From Lentisphaerota bacterium (GTDB taxonomy: Bacteria > Verrucomicrobiota > Kiritimatiellia > PWTM01), in NCBI GenBank assembly GCA_016873715.1, contig VGWF01000007.1:405-64404 (forward strand): a stretch of DNA of 64,000 nucleotides, written 5' to 3'. The notes under the pieces were generated by a model. The model had not been told where the DNA came from. It made no database searches and worked only from the letters and a program-made list of their open reading frames with translations. A program made the position numbers and the translations under genes. This document shows, one piece after another, positions 47,721 through 57,414 of the stretch (the first letter of the stretch is position 1; each line of letters begins with the position of its first letter).

Positions 47721-50138
47721 ATGCCGGAATCCCCGTCCCTCCTCCGCCGCCACGGCCACGCCGTCGCCCTCGGCATCATCCTGCTGGCCGCCTTCGCCCT
47801 GCGATGGGCGCTCTCGGTCCTCAACTACGTCTCGAATTTCGACTCCGCGACGCCCGGCCTGATGGCGCTGCACATCCTGCGCGGGGAGGACTTCCCCCTC
47901 TTCTACTACGGGCAGCACTACATGGGCGCCCTCGAGGCCTACGTCGCCGCCGGCTTCTTCGCGCTCTTCGGCGTCTCGGATCTCTCCCTCTCGCTGTCCG
48001 CGATCCTCTTCTCCCTCGGCTGGACCGCCGCCACCTACGCCGTCTTCGCGGAGCTCGGCGGGCGCCGCGCGGGGCTCGTCGCCGCCGCGACCACGATCGC
48101 GCCGCCCTGGACCGCCCTCTGGTACAGCGTGCTGACCTACGGCGGCTACCCGGCGACGTTCTGCCTCGGCACGTGGGTCCTCTGGCTCTGCCTGCGCATC
48201 CAGCGGCTCGGCGCGGACGGCCGTGCGGGGTTCGTCCGCATCGCCATGCTCGGACTCCTCGCGGGGCTCGCGCTGTGGACGAACTACATGTCGGCCAGCT
48301 TCCTCCTGACCGGCCTGCTCGTCCTGGCCGCCGCCATCATCCGCGGCCCGCTCCGCCCCTGGAAGTTCCTGCGTCTCGCGTGGGGCCTGCCCTTCTTCCT
48401 GGCCGGCGTCTGGCCCGTGCTGCTGACGCTGTCCCGGCACGGCGCGGGACAGACCGAGACCTTCAGGCTCACCGTCGCCTACCTCAGGCGCGTCATCGCC
48501 GTCACGTTCCTTCGCCGCCGGTGGGGCTTCGGCGAGCTCCTGTTCTCCCCCGAGCACCACGCCGTGCTGGCCTACGCGCTGTACGCGGTCGTGTTCGGCG
48601 CGCTTCTGGCGCTGGCCGCGTGGACCGCGCTCCGCATGATCCGCCGCCGCGAGCCCCCCCGGCTCTGGGCCGTCCCCCTGCTCCACGTCGCCGTGTTCTT
48701 CGCCCTCTACCTGCCGCACTCGATGGCCTGGGTCGGCGCGCCGCGCTACCTGATGCCCGTCTGGGCGATGGTCTTCGCGGCGGCGGCTGCCGTCCCCGCG
48801 GCCGCGGGCGCGACGCGCGCGGTCCGGATCGCGGCCGGGGTCCTCGCGGCGGCCGGGCTCGGCCTCGTGCTGCGCGCGGACATCGCCGCGATCGCCCACC
48901 GCCGGGGCGCCACGGAGCGCGATCGCGCCTGGCGCCACGCGGTCGTCGATGCGGCACGGTCCCTCGGCCTCCGCGGCGTGGAGATGTGCGGCGGGCACAT
49001 CTGGGGACTCGAGGGACAGGTCTTCTCATTCTACGCCGGGGGGGATCCCTACTTCGCCTCGGCGTCCACCGACCGCTACCCGCGCCATGCGGCCCGGCTC
49101 GAGACGGAGGACCGGCGGGGCTTCCTGGTCGAGTCCAAGTACCTCACGCTGGCCGAGGCGGCGCTGCGGGACCTGGGCGCGACGTTCGAGACCCACCGGA
49201 TGAAGGGCGCGGCCATCCTCCACTCGGTGCGCGTTCCGGATCCCCCGATGCGCGATCTGGGCGCCGGGGTCCTGCATGTCCACGCGGATCGCGCCGGACG
49301 GTCGCCCCCCGCGTTCGTCGTCGACATGGACATCACCACGCGCCTGCACGGCCTCTACAGCGGGGGCGGACACGTCACGCTGGAACTGGCGGAAGCCCGC
49401 GACATCAGCTGCCTCCGGCTGATGTCGCCCCACCCCATGACCGGCGACCTCCCCGGCGGCTACCGGATCGAAGCCTCGGACGATGGCGTGGACTACCGGG
49501 TGGTGCGCGAGACGCCCAAGCGCTTCGCCGTCGCCTACGCGATCGGTCCGCGCGCGTACCTCCGCGGCGCCTGGGGCTTGATGGAGATCCGCTTCGATCC
49601 GGTCCGCGCGCGGTTCCTCCGGCTGACCCCGCTCCCGGGGGCGGCGCAGAGGGACGACTGGTTCATCTCGGAGATCGGCATCTACGGGCCCGGCGAGCCC
49701 GGACCGTCCGCCGCGGCGCCGCCCGCGGGCGACCTGGCCCGGGGGCTCCTCGGGGATGGCATCCGCACGCTCTTCGCCGACCGGTCGCTCAGCGCGGCGA
49801 TCCGCGCGGAGGAACGGGACGGGCCTGCCGGGCTCCGGGTTCTGTCCTACTACAAGCAGCCGGACTCCGAGCCGCCGCTGTCGTTCGAAGTCCGGCCGGC
49901 GCCCGACACGGCCGTCGCCGTCGAATCCTGCTTCGCGGACGCGACGCGGTCGGTGCTCACGAACGCCTTCGGCCCGAAGGTCGTCCGCTCCGAACGCCGG
50001 CACGGCGACTATGCGGTGCTGCTTCTGGGCGGTGAAGCGACGCCCGTCCGGGCCGGCGTCACGGTCGAGTGGTTCGGACGCAGGCTGCTGATGCGGTCGA
50101 CCCCCGCGGAGACCAACGCCCCGGCGTCAGCGCCCTGA
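47721..50138 (+). CDS. ArnT/PMT-like (GT-C fold) membrane glycosyltransferase with a C-terminal F5/8 type C (discoidin) domain
   Basis: 805 aa. The N-terminal half is polytopic (LRGEDFPLFYYGQHYMGALEAY is a PMT/ArnT-like first loop). The tail contains ISCLRLMSPHP..GGYRIEASDDGVDYRVV..WFISEIGIYG. Confidence 0.65.
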   Translation: MPESPSLLRRHGHAVALGIILLAAFALRWALSVLNYVSNFDSATPGLMALHILRGEDFPLFYYGQHYMGALEAYVAAGFFALFGVSDLSLSLSAILFSLGWTAATYAVFAELGGRRAGLVAAATTIAPPWTALWYSVLTYGGYPATFCLGTWVLWLCLRIQRLGADGRAGFVRIAMLGLLAGLALWTNYMSASFLLTGLLVLAAAIIRGPLRPWKFLRLAWGLPFFLAGVWPVLLTLSRHGAGQTETFRLTVAYLRRVIAVTFLRRRWGFGELLFSPEHHAVLAYALYAVVFGALLALAAWTALRMIRRREPPRLWAVPLLHVAVFFALYLPHSMAWVGAPRYLMPVWAMVFAAAAAVPAAAGATRAVRIAAGVLAAAGLGLVLRADIAAIAHRRGATERDRAWRHAVVDAARSLGLRGVEMCGGHIWGLEGQVFSFYAGGDPYFASASTDRYPRHAARLETEDRRGFLVESKYLTLAEAALRDLGATFETHRMKGAAILHSVRVPDPPMRDLGAGVLHVHADRAGRSPPAFVVDMDITTRLHGLYSGGGHVTLELAEARDISCLRLMSPHPMTGDLPGGYRIEASDDGVDYRVVRETPKRFAVAYAIGPRAYLRGAWGLMEIRFDPVRARFLRLTPLPGAAQRDDWFISEIGIYGPGEPGPSAAAPPAGDLARGLLGDGIRTLFADRSLSAAIRAEERDGPAGLRVLSYYKQPDSEPPLSFEVRPAPDTAVAVESCFADATRSVLTNAFGPKVVRSERRHGDYAVLLLGGEATPVRAGVTVEWFGRRLLMRSTPAETNAPASAP

Positions 50139-51311
50139 GGCGGGGCCGGCGCGGATCTGCGCCTCGATCCAGTCGTAGGCCTCCGCCAGGCGGCGCTGGT
50201 GGGCCGCGAAGACGTGGTCGCGCTCCACGAACGCGCGGCCGGCGCGTCCGAGCCGCTCGCGTAGAGCGGGATCGCCCGCCAGGCGAACCATGCCGCCGGC
50301 GAACCCCCCCGGGTCGGCCGGCGCCAGGAGGACCTCCGCGGGGGTCAGGATCTGGTTGTGCGTGGGGAGATCCGTCGCAAGCACGGGCCGTCCGGAGTGC
50401 AGGTAGGCGAAGATCTTCATCGGCGTGTTGATGCCGCGGATGCGGGGACAAGCCAGGATGTCGGCATCAGCCAGGAGGGCGTCCAGTTCCCCGTAGGGCC
50501 GCGGTCCCAGGATGAAGCACCGCCGGTCGATGCCGAGGTCCCGCGCCTTGCGACGGTACATCTCGACAGGCGTCGGAGCCCCGCCGATCACCGCGAGGGT
50601 GAGGTCGGGCCGATCGCGCAGCGCGAGCTGGAAGCTCTCCAGCAGGAGATCGATGCCCTGGTAGGGCTGCAGGTTCCCGCTGTAGACCAGCAGCGGCCCC
50701 GCGGCGCCCGTTTCGCGGCGCAGGCGACCGTCCCCGGGCGCCCCCGGGGAGGCGAGCTGCGAGATGTCGTGCAGCGTGACCGTCCTGCGCGAGCCCGCGG
50801 CCTCGCAGAGGTCCGCCAGCGCGTTGCACACCGGGAAGTTGATGAGCGCGCCGCGGATCGCGCGACGCTCGAGCCGGCCGAACATGGCCGCCAGCGGGCG
50901 CATCCACGGCTTCTGTTCCACCATCTGCTGCGCGATCGACGAGTCGAGGTCGTAGGCGTACGGGATGCCGAACCTGCGCTTCAGGTGCATCGCGATGAAG
51001 ACCGCCTCCTCCCCCGCGTGGACGAGGTCGTAGCCTCCGGACCGGGCCAGGCGGACCGCGGCGGCAAACATCATCGCATCGCAGACCAGCTTGCGCTTCG
51101 AGAAGCCCGGGGGGACTCCCGTCAGGAAGCGGTGCGCCGGGATCCGGTGGATCCGCACGTTGGGAAGATCGACGCCGATCCCCTCGTTGTAGGTCAGCAG
51201 GTCGACGGTCGTTCCGGGCCGTTGGGAGAGGACCTTGAGGACCAGGAGCACGTCGATCGGCGTGCCACGCTCCTGGTAGAAGGGATGGGGCGCGAGAAGG
51301 AGGATTTTCAT
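50127..51311 (-). CDS. GT4-family glycosyltransferase
   Basis: 394 aa starting MKILLLAPHPFYQERGTP. The C-terminal E-x7-E region is CPRIRGINTPMKIFAYLHSGRPVLATD. Confidence 0.85.
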   Translation of the reverse strand: MKILLLAPHPFYQERGTPIDVLLVLKVLSQRPGTTVDLLTYNEGIGVDLPNVRIHRIPAHRFLTGVPPGFSKRKLVCDAMMFAAAVRLARSGGYDLVHAGEEAVFIAMHLKRRFGIPYAYDLDSSIAQQMVEQKPWMRPLAAMFGRLERRAIRGALINFPVCNALADLCEAAGSRRTVTLHDISQLASPGAPGDGRLRRETGAAGPLLVYSGNLQPYQGIDLLLESFQLALRDRPDLTLAVIGGAPTPVEMYRRKARDLGIDRRCFILGPRPYGELDALLADADILACPRIRGINTPMKIFAYLHSGRPVLATDLPTHNQILTPAEVLLAPADPGGFAGGMVRLAGDPALRERLGRAGRAFVERDHVFAAHQRRLAEAYDWIEAQIRAGPASGR

Positions 51312-52900
51312 GCTCCCCCTCCGCCCGGGACCGGCCAAGCCGGCGAGGCCTCGACCGCCGCGACTTCCGACGCCGTCCGGGCTTCGTCCCACTGCATCCG
51401 CGACGCCAGGGCGGCGGCCGCCTCGCGAAGCACGCCGGGCGCCGGCCGGCCGCGCGCGGCCAGCCCCGTGCGCCGGATCACGACATCGCCGAGCCGCAAC
51501 GCCATCTCATGGTCCACCGCGTGCCGGACCATGGCCGGAATGTCCCCGCGGCCGTTTCCGGCCAGCGCGGCCGCCTCGGTCCCGTAGTCCCTCAGAAGAT
51601 CGCCATCGATGCCCGAGGCAAGGCCGTCCCGCTCGAACCCCGCCCAGTCCGGGATCGCGCCGCCGGCCAGCTGCGGAAGCGCGTCCGTCGGCGGCAGCCG
51701 GAAACCCGGGCGGATCCGCCGAACGACGTCCTCGGCCACGGACAACGCGGTCGTGTACTTCACGCCGACGACCGAGATCAGTCCCGGAAGCCCGGCCGAC
51801 GCGCGATCGATCACCCGCGAATGCGCCAGCATCGGCGCGTCGTCGCCCCGGTCCCACGCACGGTCGTCCGCGGGAACCGTTCCGCAGTGCACGTGCAGCA
51901 CATCCGCCCGGCGGAGCCCGGCCGCGGGCCACGCGCGGTTGAATCCGTCCAGGAGACGCGCGATACGGTCCTCCGTCGGATGGAACGCATCCGGCGCTCC
52001 CTCGTGGCGGAACCACTCCGTGCCGACGATCGAGCATCCGCGCCACGGAGAGACGAAGTAGAAGCGGGATCCGTCGCCCTGCCGGTCCCGGACGCCCGCC
52101 GCCACCGCGTGGGGATGAATCGCTCGCGTGACCAGGTTGATCCCGCCGACCAGCCTCCGCGTCGCCGCCCGCCCGGCCATCGCGGCCAGGCTCCCCTCCC
52201 AGGGACCGGCGCAATCGACCACCCACGGAGCCCGCAGCTCGACACGGCCCCCCTCCAGCCGGTCCTCGACTTCGATGCCTCCCACCCGCCCGCCGGGTTT
52301 CACAATAGAAACGGCCTCCGCGTGGTTCGCGGCGACGGCGCCGGACGCACAGGCCGAGCGGATCAGGGCGACCACCAGGCGCTCCGTGTGGTGGACGAAC
52401 CCGTCCGACCAGACAGCCGCGCCACGCGACCCCGCGGAAGGCAACGTCGGGAGCAGGCGGTCCAGTTCCACCCTGTCGATGACCTGTGGGCGGGGAAGAC
52501 GCTTGGACTGGTCCGCCGCCCCCGGCTCAAGCGCGGAGAGCATGCGGTACATCATCAGACCCGCCCCCATCACCTCGGGGCCGCGCATCCCAAACCCCTC
52601 CAACGGGATGAGGCATCGCATCGGATGGGCCAGGTGCGGGGCGATCCGGAACCAGCGTGCCCGGTCGCGGATCGACTGGAGGCTGCGCCCGAAATCGAGA
52701 TCCTGGAGGTAGCGGAGTCCGCCGTGGATGATCTTCTGCGACTGCGCCGATGTGGAACCCGCGAAGTCGTCCCGCTCGACGAGCCCCACCCTGAGCCCCG
52801 CCAGGGTCGCGACCCACGCCACCGCGGCGCCATGAATGCCGCCGCCCACGACAAGCACATCGTGGTCGGCGGCGGCCCATGCGTGAAGGGAACGCTCCAT
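51308..52900 (-). CDS. FAD-dependent glycerol-3-phosphate dehydrogenase/oxidase-like oxidoreductase
   Basis: 530 aa starting MERSLHAW, with HDVLVVGGGIHGAAVAWVATLAGLRVGLVERDDFAGSTSAQSQKIIHGGLRYL. An ATGA overlap links it to the GT4 start. Confidence 0.75.
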   Translation of the reverse strand: MERSLHAWAAADHDVLVVGGGIHGAAVAWVATLAGLRVGLVERDDFAGSTSAQSQKIIHGGLRYLQDLDFGRSLQSIRDRARWFRIAPHLAHPMRCLIPLEGFGMRGPEVMGAGLMMYRMLSALEPGAADQSKRLPRPQVIDRVELDRLLPTLPSAGSRGAAVWSDGFVHHTERLVVALIRSACASGAVAANHAEAVSIVKPGGRVGGIEVEDRLEGGRVELRAPWVVDCAGPWEGSLAAMAGRAATRRLVGGINLVTRAIHPHAVAAGVRDRQGDGSRFYFVSPWRGCSIVGTEWFRHEGAPDAFHPTEDRIARLLDGFNRAWPAAGLRRADVLHVHCGTVPADDRAWDRGDDAPMLAHSRVIDRASAGLPGLISVVGVKYTTALSVAEDVVRRIRPGFRLPPTDALPQLAGGAIPDWAGFERDGLASGIDGDLLRDYGTEAAALAGNGRGDIPAMVRHAVDHEMALRLGDVVIRRTGLAARGRPAPGVLREAAAALASRMQWDEARTASEVAAVEASPAWPVPGGGGA

Positions 52901-53278
52901 ACTCGAATCGAAGAGCCCGGCACCACAACGAGAGCCGGTCAGAAACCCGGATGCATCATGCGGAATGGAACGCGGAGTGCAAGTGCAATTGCCGACGCCA
53001 CCGGCGGGCCTCCGATCCGGCGCAGGCGGACGTCCCCAGCGAGCCGCATCGCAGTCCCCACGCGACCTTGCGGCACGCCGGTTTCTAGGGTGAAAGCCGG
53101 ACGATGGCTGGCTTCCTGCGTAGCAACCGGCAGACCCGGGCCCGGCAGTTTCACCTGCGGTGGCTGCGCGCATTCGCAGGCCGGCGGACGGCGGCGGCGG
53201 TGGGGCGATGGAAATCCGCGAGGCGAGCGGAAGCCCCGTCGACCCGAATCCCCGCGGCATCGCGTCGCCGGGGCCCGA

Positions 53279-53848
53279 TCAGGGCATCGCGACGAGGAGG
53301 ATCTCCTCCTTCGACATCCGGTGTCCGCGCCGGGCGGCGCGAAAGAGGGTGAGCAGGCGGACGAGAAGCGCACGCTCATCGCTGTCCGATTCCGGGACCG
53401 TATCCATCAGGTCGGTCAGGGCAACCTCGATCGTCTCGATCGCGGTCCCCGACGGAACCGTCAGGATGTAGCGGCCCGGGATGATCTCGACCATGCGCAG
53501 GATCTGCAGGGACCGGAGGTGCCGGCTGGGCCCGACCATCAGCAGGCCGGTCCCCGTGCCGATGGGAATGACCTCCACCGCGGCGGACGCCTCGCGGGGT
53601 CCCTCCACGAGGGCCCGGGCCGCCTTTGCGATGGCCTTCGCGCGGTCGTCGTCGATCCTGGCAAGGTGGCCGAGTGCGCTCTCCGGCAGCGTGACGGTGA
53701 CCGGCCGGCTCGGCTCGTTGAACTTCCGCGGCCGGCCTCCGCGCGACGGACGGGCCGGCGGCTTCGCATCGACCGGCGCCGGCGGGACGTGGTCGACGTC
53801 CCGACCGTCATGGCCGGCCCGCTTCCGTCTCGGGGTTCGTCCGCTCAT
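53279..53848 (-). CDS. Orphan hypothetical protein with a basic AT-hook-like N-terminus
   Basis: 189 aa. The N-terminal roughly 55 aa are Arg/Pro-rich and include GGRPRKF. The C-terminal roughly 130 aa have ordinary globular composition. The gene is flanked by noncoding stretches of about 370 bp on both sides. Confidence 0.5.
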   Translation of the reverse strand: MSGRTPRRKRAGHDGRDVDHVPPAPVDAKPPARPSRGGRPRKFNEPSRPVTVTLPESALGHLARIDDDRAKAIAKAARALVEGPREASAAVEVIPIGTGTGLLMVGPSRHLRSLQILRMVEIIPGRYILTVPSGTAIETIEVALTDLMDTVPESDSDERALLVRLLTLFRAARRGHRMSKEEILLVAMP

Positions 53849-53952
53849 GCGTCGCGCACAGTGTCAGATCCCCAGGATATTGGCAAGACAGCGCCCCACC
53901 CCGTTCACCGCCGGAAAGGATGGGCTTTGACGACGCCTGTCCCGACGGTGCA

Positions 53953-53981
53953 TTGACACGCCTCCGGCGTTCGCCTAGCGT
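53953..53981 (+). promoter_or_regulatory. Weak candidate promoter for the methyltransferase/dehydratase operon
   Basis: TTGACA (53953-53958), a 17-nt spacer, then TAGCGT (53976-53981). This would give a leader of about 235 nt. Confidence 0.2.
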
Positions 53982-54220
53982 GGCCCGACCGTGACGTCCC
54001 TGCCGGACGCTCTCACGGCGAAAGGATGGATGGCTGAACGCTTCGAACCCGGCTGCCGGGATGCAGCCGCCTCCGGTGCCGCGGATGCGATCCGCCGGTC
54101 CCCGGGCCCGACGCGTTTGCCGTTCATCCCCCCTCCCCGATTTCCCGGAGCCCGACCCGCAACCCCAAACCACGAGCCGTCTCTCGCGCTTGCGAGGGCC
54201 GGCAGCCAGGGAGACCCGCA

Positions 54221-55027
54221 ATGAGGACATTGAACACCATCGGCCTCGCCAACGTGCAGGCGGTCTACAGCGGCCCCGAGGGAGACCTCTGGGAACTGAT
54301 CATGGGACAGCAGATCCACATCGGCGGATTCGCGTCGTCGATGGACCTGTCGGCGAAGGCCGGCATCGCCGCGGGCTCGCGGGGCGTCGACCTCTGCTGC
54401 TGCAACGGCGCAGGCATGCGCTTCCTGCTCCGGTTCCGCGCCGTCGGCCACATGACCGGCGTCGATGCCACCGATCTCGTCCTGGAGCGCGCCCGCGCCC
54501 GGTGCGCCGCGGAGGGCGTGACCGCCCGCACGGCCCTGGTCCGCGCGGATGTGTGCGCGACCGGCCTGCCCGCGGGCCAGGCCGACTTCGTCTGGGGCGA
54601 GGACGCCTGGTGCTACGTCGTCGACAAGCCCGCCCTGATCCGCGAGGCCGCCCGGCTCGTGAAGCCCGGCGGCGTGGTCGCCTTCACCGACTGGGTCGAG
54701 GGGCCGACCCCGCTCACCCCGGCCGAATCGGACCGCTTCCTCCGCTTCATGAAGTTCCCGTCGATGGCCTCCATCCCCGACTACCGCGCGCTGCTCACCG
54801 ACAGCGGCCTCCGGGTCGAGCATGCCGCCGACACCGGCCGCTACGCGCCGTGCATCGATCTCTACCTCCGCATGCTGACCGAGCAGCTGACCTCCGACGC
54901 CCTCCGCATCATCGGCTACGACATGGACCTGATGCAGGCGCTGGGCGGCGAGATGGTCTTCATCCAGGGGGCCGCGCACGCGGGCAAGATCGCCCAGGGC
55001 CTCTTCGTCGCGAGGAAGCCGGCGTGA
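54221..55027 (+). CDS. Class I SAM-dependent methyltransferase
   Basis: 268 aa. Motif I is VDLCCCNGAGMRFL. Post-I and later motifs are VGHMTGVDAT and LVKPGGVVAFTDW. Confidence 0.8.
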   Translation: MRTLNTIGLANVQAVYSGPEGDLWELIMGQQIHIGGFASSMDLSAKAGIAAGSRGVDLCCCNGAGMRFLLRFRAVGHMTGVDATDLVLERARARCAAEGVTARTALVRADVCATGLPAGQADFVWGEDAWCYVVDKPALIREAARLVKPGGVVAFTDWVEGPTPLTPAESDRFLRFMKFPSMASIPDYRALLTDSGLRVEHAADTGRYAPCIDLYLRMLTEQLTSDALRIIGYDMDLMQALGGEMVFIQGAAHAGKIAQGLFVARKPA

Positions 55028-55155
55028 GCGGATGCGGCTGCAGGCACGGCGCGGCGGCGGACGGCACCCGGGCACCGGCGATCGCGGATCCGCGGTGCCC
55101 CCCGGCTCCCCCGCCCGCCGGCCCCGCGGCCGCGTCCCCCGCCCTCGCGCCCGCC

Positions 55156-56304
55156 ATGGCGTGGTTCGCCGACATGGTCCAGCACTGCTACGACGCGGCG
55201 ACCGCCGCGAAGGCCGCCGGCCGCCCCATCGTCGGGATCCTGTGCGAATACACGCCGCGCGAACTCGTCATGGCCGCCGGCGGACTGCCCGTCTGTCTCT
55301 GCGGCGGCGACGTCCGCAAGATCGCGCCCGCCGAGGAGGTGCTGCCCTCCAACCTGTGTCCGCTGATCAAGTCGACGTTCGGCTACCACCTGACCGGCGC
55401 AAACCCGTTCCTCGAGATGGCGGATCTCGTCGTCGCGGAGACCACGTGCGACGGGAAAAAGAAGATGTACGAGCTGATGGCCGAGTCGCGGCCGATGCAC
55501 GTGCTGGAACTGCCCCAGAAACCCGGCGATCCCGCCGCCTTCGAACGGTGGCTCGACGAACTCCGCCGCCTCCGCGACGAGCTCGGCCGGCGCTTTGGCG
55601 TCGGGATCACCGACGACCGCCTCCGCGGCGCCATCCGCGGGATGAACCGCGAACGGGCGCTCCGCCGGGCCCTCGCCGGGCGCATGCGGCGCACCCCGCC
55701 GCCGTTCACCGGCCGCGAACTGCTCGACCTCAAGAGCCTGATCTCGTGCCTGCCGGCCGACGTCGCGCAGTACGAGGCCGCACTGGCGGCCGTCGATGCC
55801 GCGCCCGGACGGGCGGATCTCGCGGGACGCGTCCGCGTGCTCCTGACCGGCGTGCCCGTCGTCCACATGGCCGAGCGCGTCGTCGACCTGATCGAGTCCC
55901 ACGGCGGCGTGATCGTCTGCATGGAGAACTGCACGGGCCTGAAGCCCATCGTCGAGGACGTCGACGAGAACGCGTCCGACCCGCTGCGCGCGCTCGCGGA
56001 GAAGTACCTCCATCTCCCCTGCTCCGTCATGACGCCGAACGAGGGACGGATGGACCTGCTCCGGCGGTTCGCGGCCGACTACCGGCCCGATGCCGTCATC
56101 GAACTGGTGTGGCAGGCGTGCCTGACCTACGACGTCGAATCGCATCGCGTGAAGCGGCTCGCCGAGAGCGACCTGGGCCTGCCGTACCTTCGCATCGAGA
56201 CCGACTACTCGCCCTCGGACTCCGCCCGCATCGCGCTGCGCGTCGAGGCGCTGTTCGAGACCGTCCGCGCGCGCCAGGCCGCGCGCGAAAGCACGAAATC
56301 CTAA
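55156..56304 (+). CDS. 2-hydroxyacyl-CoA dehydratase / BcrC-BadD / double-cubane-cluster-protein family subunit (copy 1)
   Basis: GILCEYTPREL, NLCPLIKS, ETTCDGKKKMYE, CMENCTGLKP and VWQACLTYD..LGLPYLRIETDYS. An alternative GTG start at 55024 forms a GTGA overlap with the methyltransferase stop and adds a Cys-rich N-terminus, VSGCGCRHG. Confidence 0.75.
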   Translation: MAWFADMVQHCYDAATAAKAAGRPIVGILCEYTPRELVMAAGGLPVCLCGGDVRKIAPAEEVLPSNLCPLIKSTFGYHLTGANPFLEMADLVVAETTCDGKKKMYELMAESRPMHVLELPQKPGDPAAFERWLDELRRLRDELGRRFGVGITDDRLRGAIRGMNRERALRRALAGRMRRTPPPFTGRELLDLKSLISCLPADVAQYEAALAAVDAAPGRADLAGRVRVLLTGVPVVHMAERVVDLIESHGGVIVCMENCTGLKPIVEDVDENASDPLRALAEKYLHLPCSVMTPNEGRMDLLRRFAADYRPDAVIELVWQACLTYDVESHRVKRLAESDLGLPYLRIETDYSPSDSARIALRVEALFETVRARQAARESTKS

Positions 56305-56445
56305 AAACGAAGCCCGAAACAAGCACGAAGCACCAATGCGGAAAGACCCAACCGCCCGGATGCCAAATCGTTTTGTGCTTTCCTCTCTTGGGGTTTGGAA
56401 TTTGTTTCGTGCTTCGGAATTCCGGTTTCGTGCTTTCTGATCCCC
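56289..56445 (+). promoter_or_regulatory. AT-rich intra-operon spacer carrying a repeated 10-mer and a palindrome
   Basis: TTTCGTGCTT occurs at 56405-56414 and 56426-56435, flanking the palindrome CGGAATTCCG (56415-56424). A degenerate copy, TTTTGTGCTT, lies at 56371-56380. Inverted copies are AAGCACGAAA (56289-56298) and AAGCACGAAG (56321-56330). Confidence 0.6.
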
Positions 56446-57414
56446 ATGCCTCTTCCTTCCGTTATCTTCGCGTCCTCGTTCGTCCCTCCCGAGTGGATCG
56501 AGGCGCACGGCCTGCGTCCCTCGCGCGTGGCGCCGCGCGCCGCCGGCGCGGTCGAGAGGGAGGGGCTCTGCCCGTTCGCCGGCGCGTTCGCGGCGGCGGC
56601 GGACGGCCCGGACGTCGCGGCCGCGGTCTTCACGACGACCTGCGACCAGATGCGCCGGGCGGCGGAGATCGGCGGCGACGGGGGGCGCGCCGAGCGGTTC
56701 GTGATGCATGTCCCGTCCACCTGGCAGACGCCCGCGGCGCACCGGCTCTACCGTGAGGAACTCGGCCGGCTCGGGCGCTTCCTTGTCCGCCTCGGCGGCC
56801 ACGGCCCGGCGCCCGGGGAACTGGCGGCGTGCATGGAACGACGCGAGGCGATGCGCGACGAGGTCCTGGCCCGGCGCCCGCGCCTGACCTCGCGCGCGCA
56901 TGGGGACCTCGCCATGCGATTCCACGAGACCGGCGTTCTGCCTCCGGCTTCCGATACGGTCCCGGCGTCCGGCGGATCGCCGCTCATGCTCCTCGGCGGC
57001 CCGATGCGGCGCGAAGACCTCGGCCTGTTCGATACGATCGACCGCTCGGGCGGGTGTGTCGCAGTCGACGGTACGGAATCCGGCGAGCGGGAGTGGCCGC
57101 GGCGGTTTGACCGGCGGCGCATGGGCGGGGATCCCGCGGGCGAGCTGGCCGACGCCTACTTCGGCCACATCCCCGCGGTCTTCCGCCGTCCCGACAGCGG
57201 CCTCTTCGACTGGCTCGCGGCGGCGCTGCGGGCGACGCCGGTCCGCGGCATCGTCGTCGTCACCCATCCGTGGTGCGATGCCTGGCGCGCCGAGGTGCCC
57301 AGGATCCGCGACGCATCGCCGGTGCCGGTGCTGGCCCTCGACCTCGCCGGCGCCGGGGCATCGGCGGGCGAAGGGTCGACGCGCGTCGAGGCGTTCCTGG
57401 AGGCGCTGCGATGA
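56446..57414 (+). CDS. 2-hydroxyacyl-CoA dehydratase family subunit (copy 2, short)
   Basis: 322 aa starting MPLPSVIFASSFVPPEWIEAHG, with VFTTTCDQMRR and VVVTHPWCDAWRAEVPRIRD..VPVLALD. Confidence 0.65.
   Translation: MPLPSVIFASSFVPPEWIEAHGLRPSRVAPRAAGAVEREGLCPFAGAFAAAADGPDVAAAVFTTTCDQMRRAAEIGGDGGRAERFVMHVPSTWQTPAAHRLYREELGRLGRFLVRLGGHGPAPGELAACMERREAMRDEVLARRPRLTSRAHGDLAMRFHETGVLPPASDTVPASGGSPLMLLGGPMRREDLGLFDTIDRSGGCVAVDGTESGEREWPRRFDRRRMGGDPAGELADAYFGHIPAVFRRPDSGLFDWLAAALRATPVRGIVVVTHPWCDAWRAEVPRIRDASPVPVLALDLAGAGASAGEGSTRVEAFLEALR

Noticed and set aside
53982-54220. A roughly 235-nt GC-rich leader upstream of the methyltransferase as a known riboswitch (SAM, SAH, cobalamin, Moco or ZTP).
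   Set aside because: I could not find the conserved cores of any of these classes by eye. A covariance-model scan would be needed. It is not reported as a feature.
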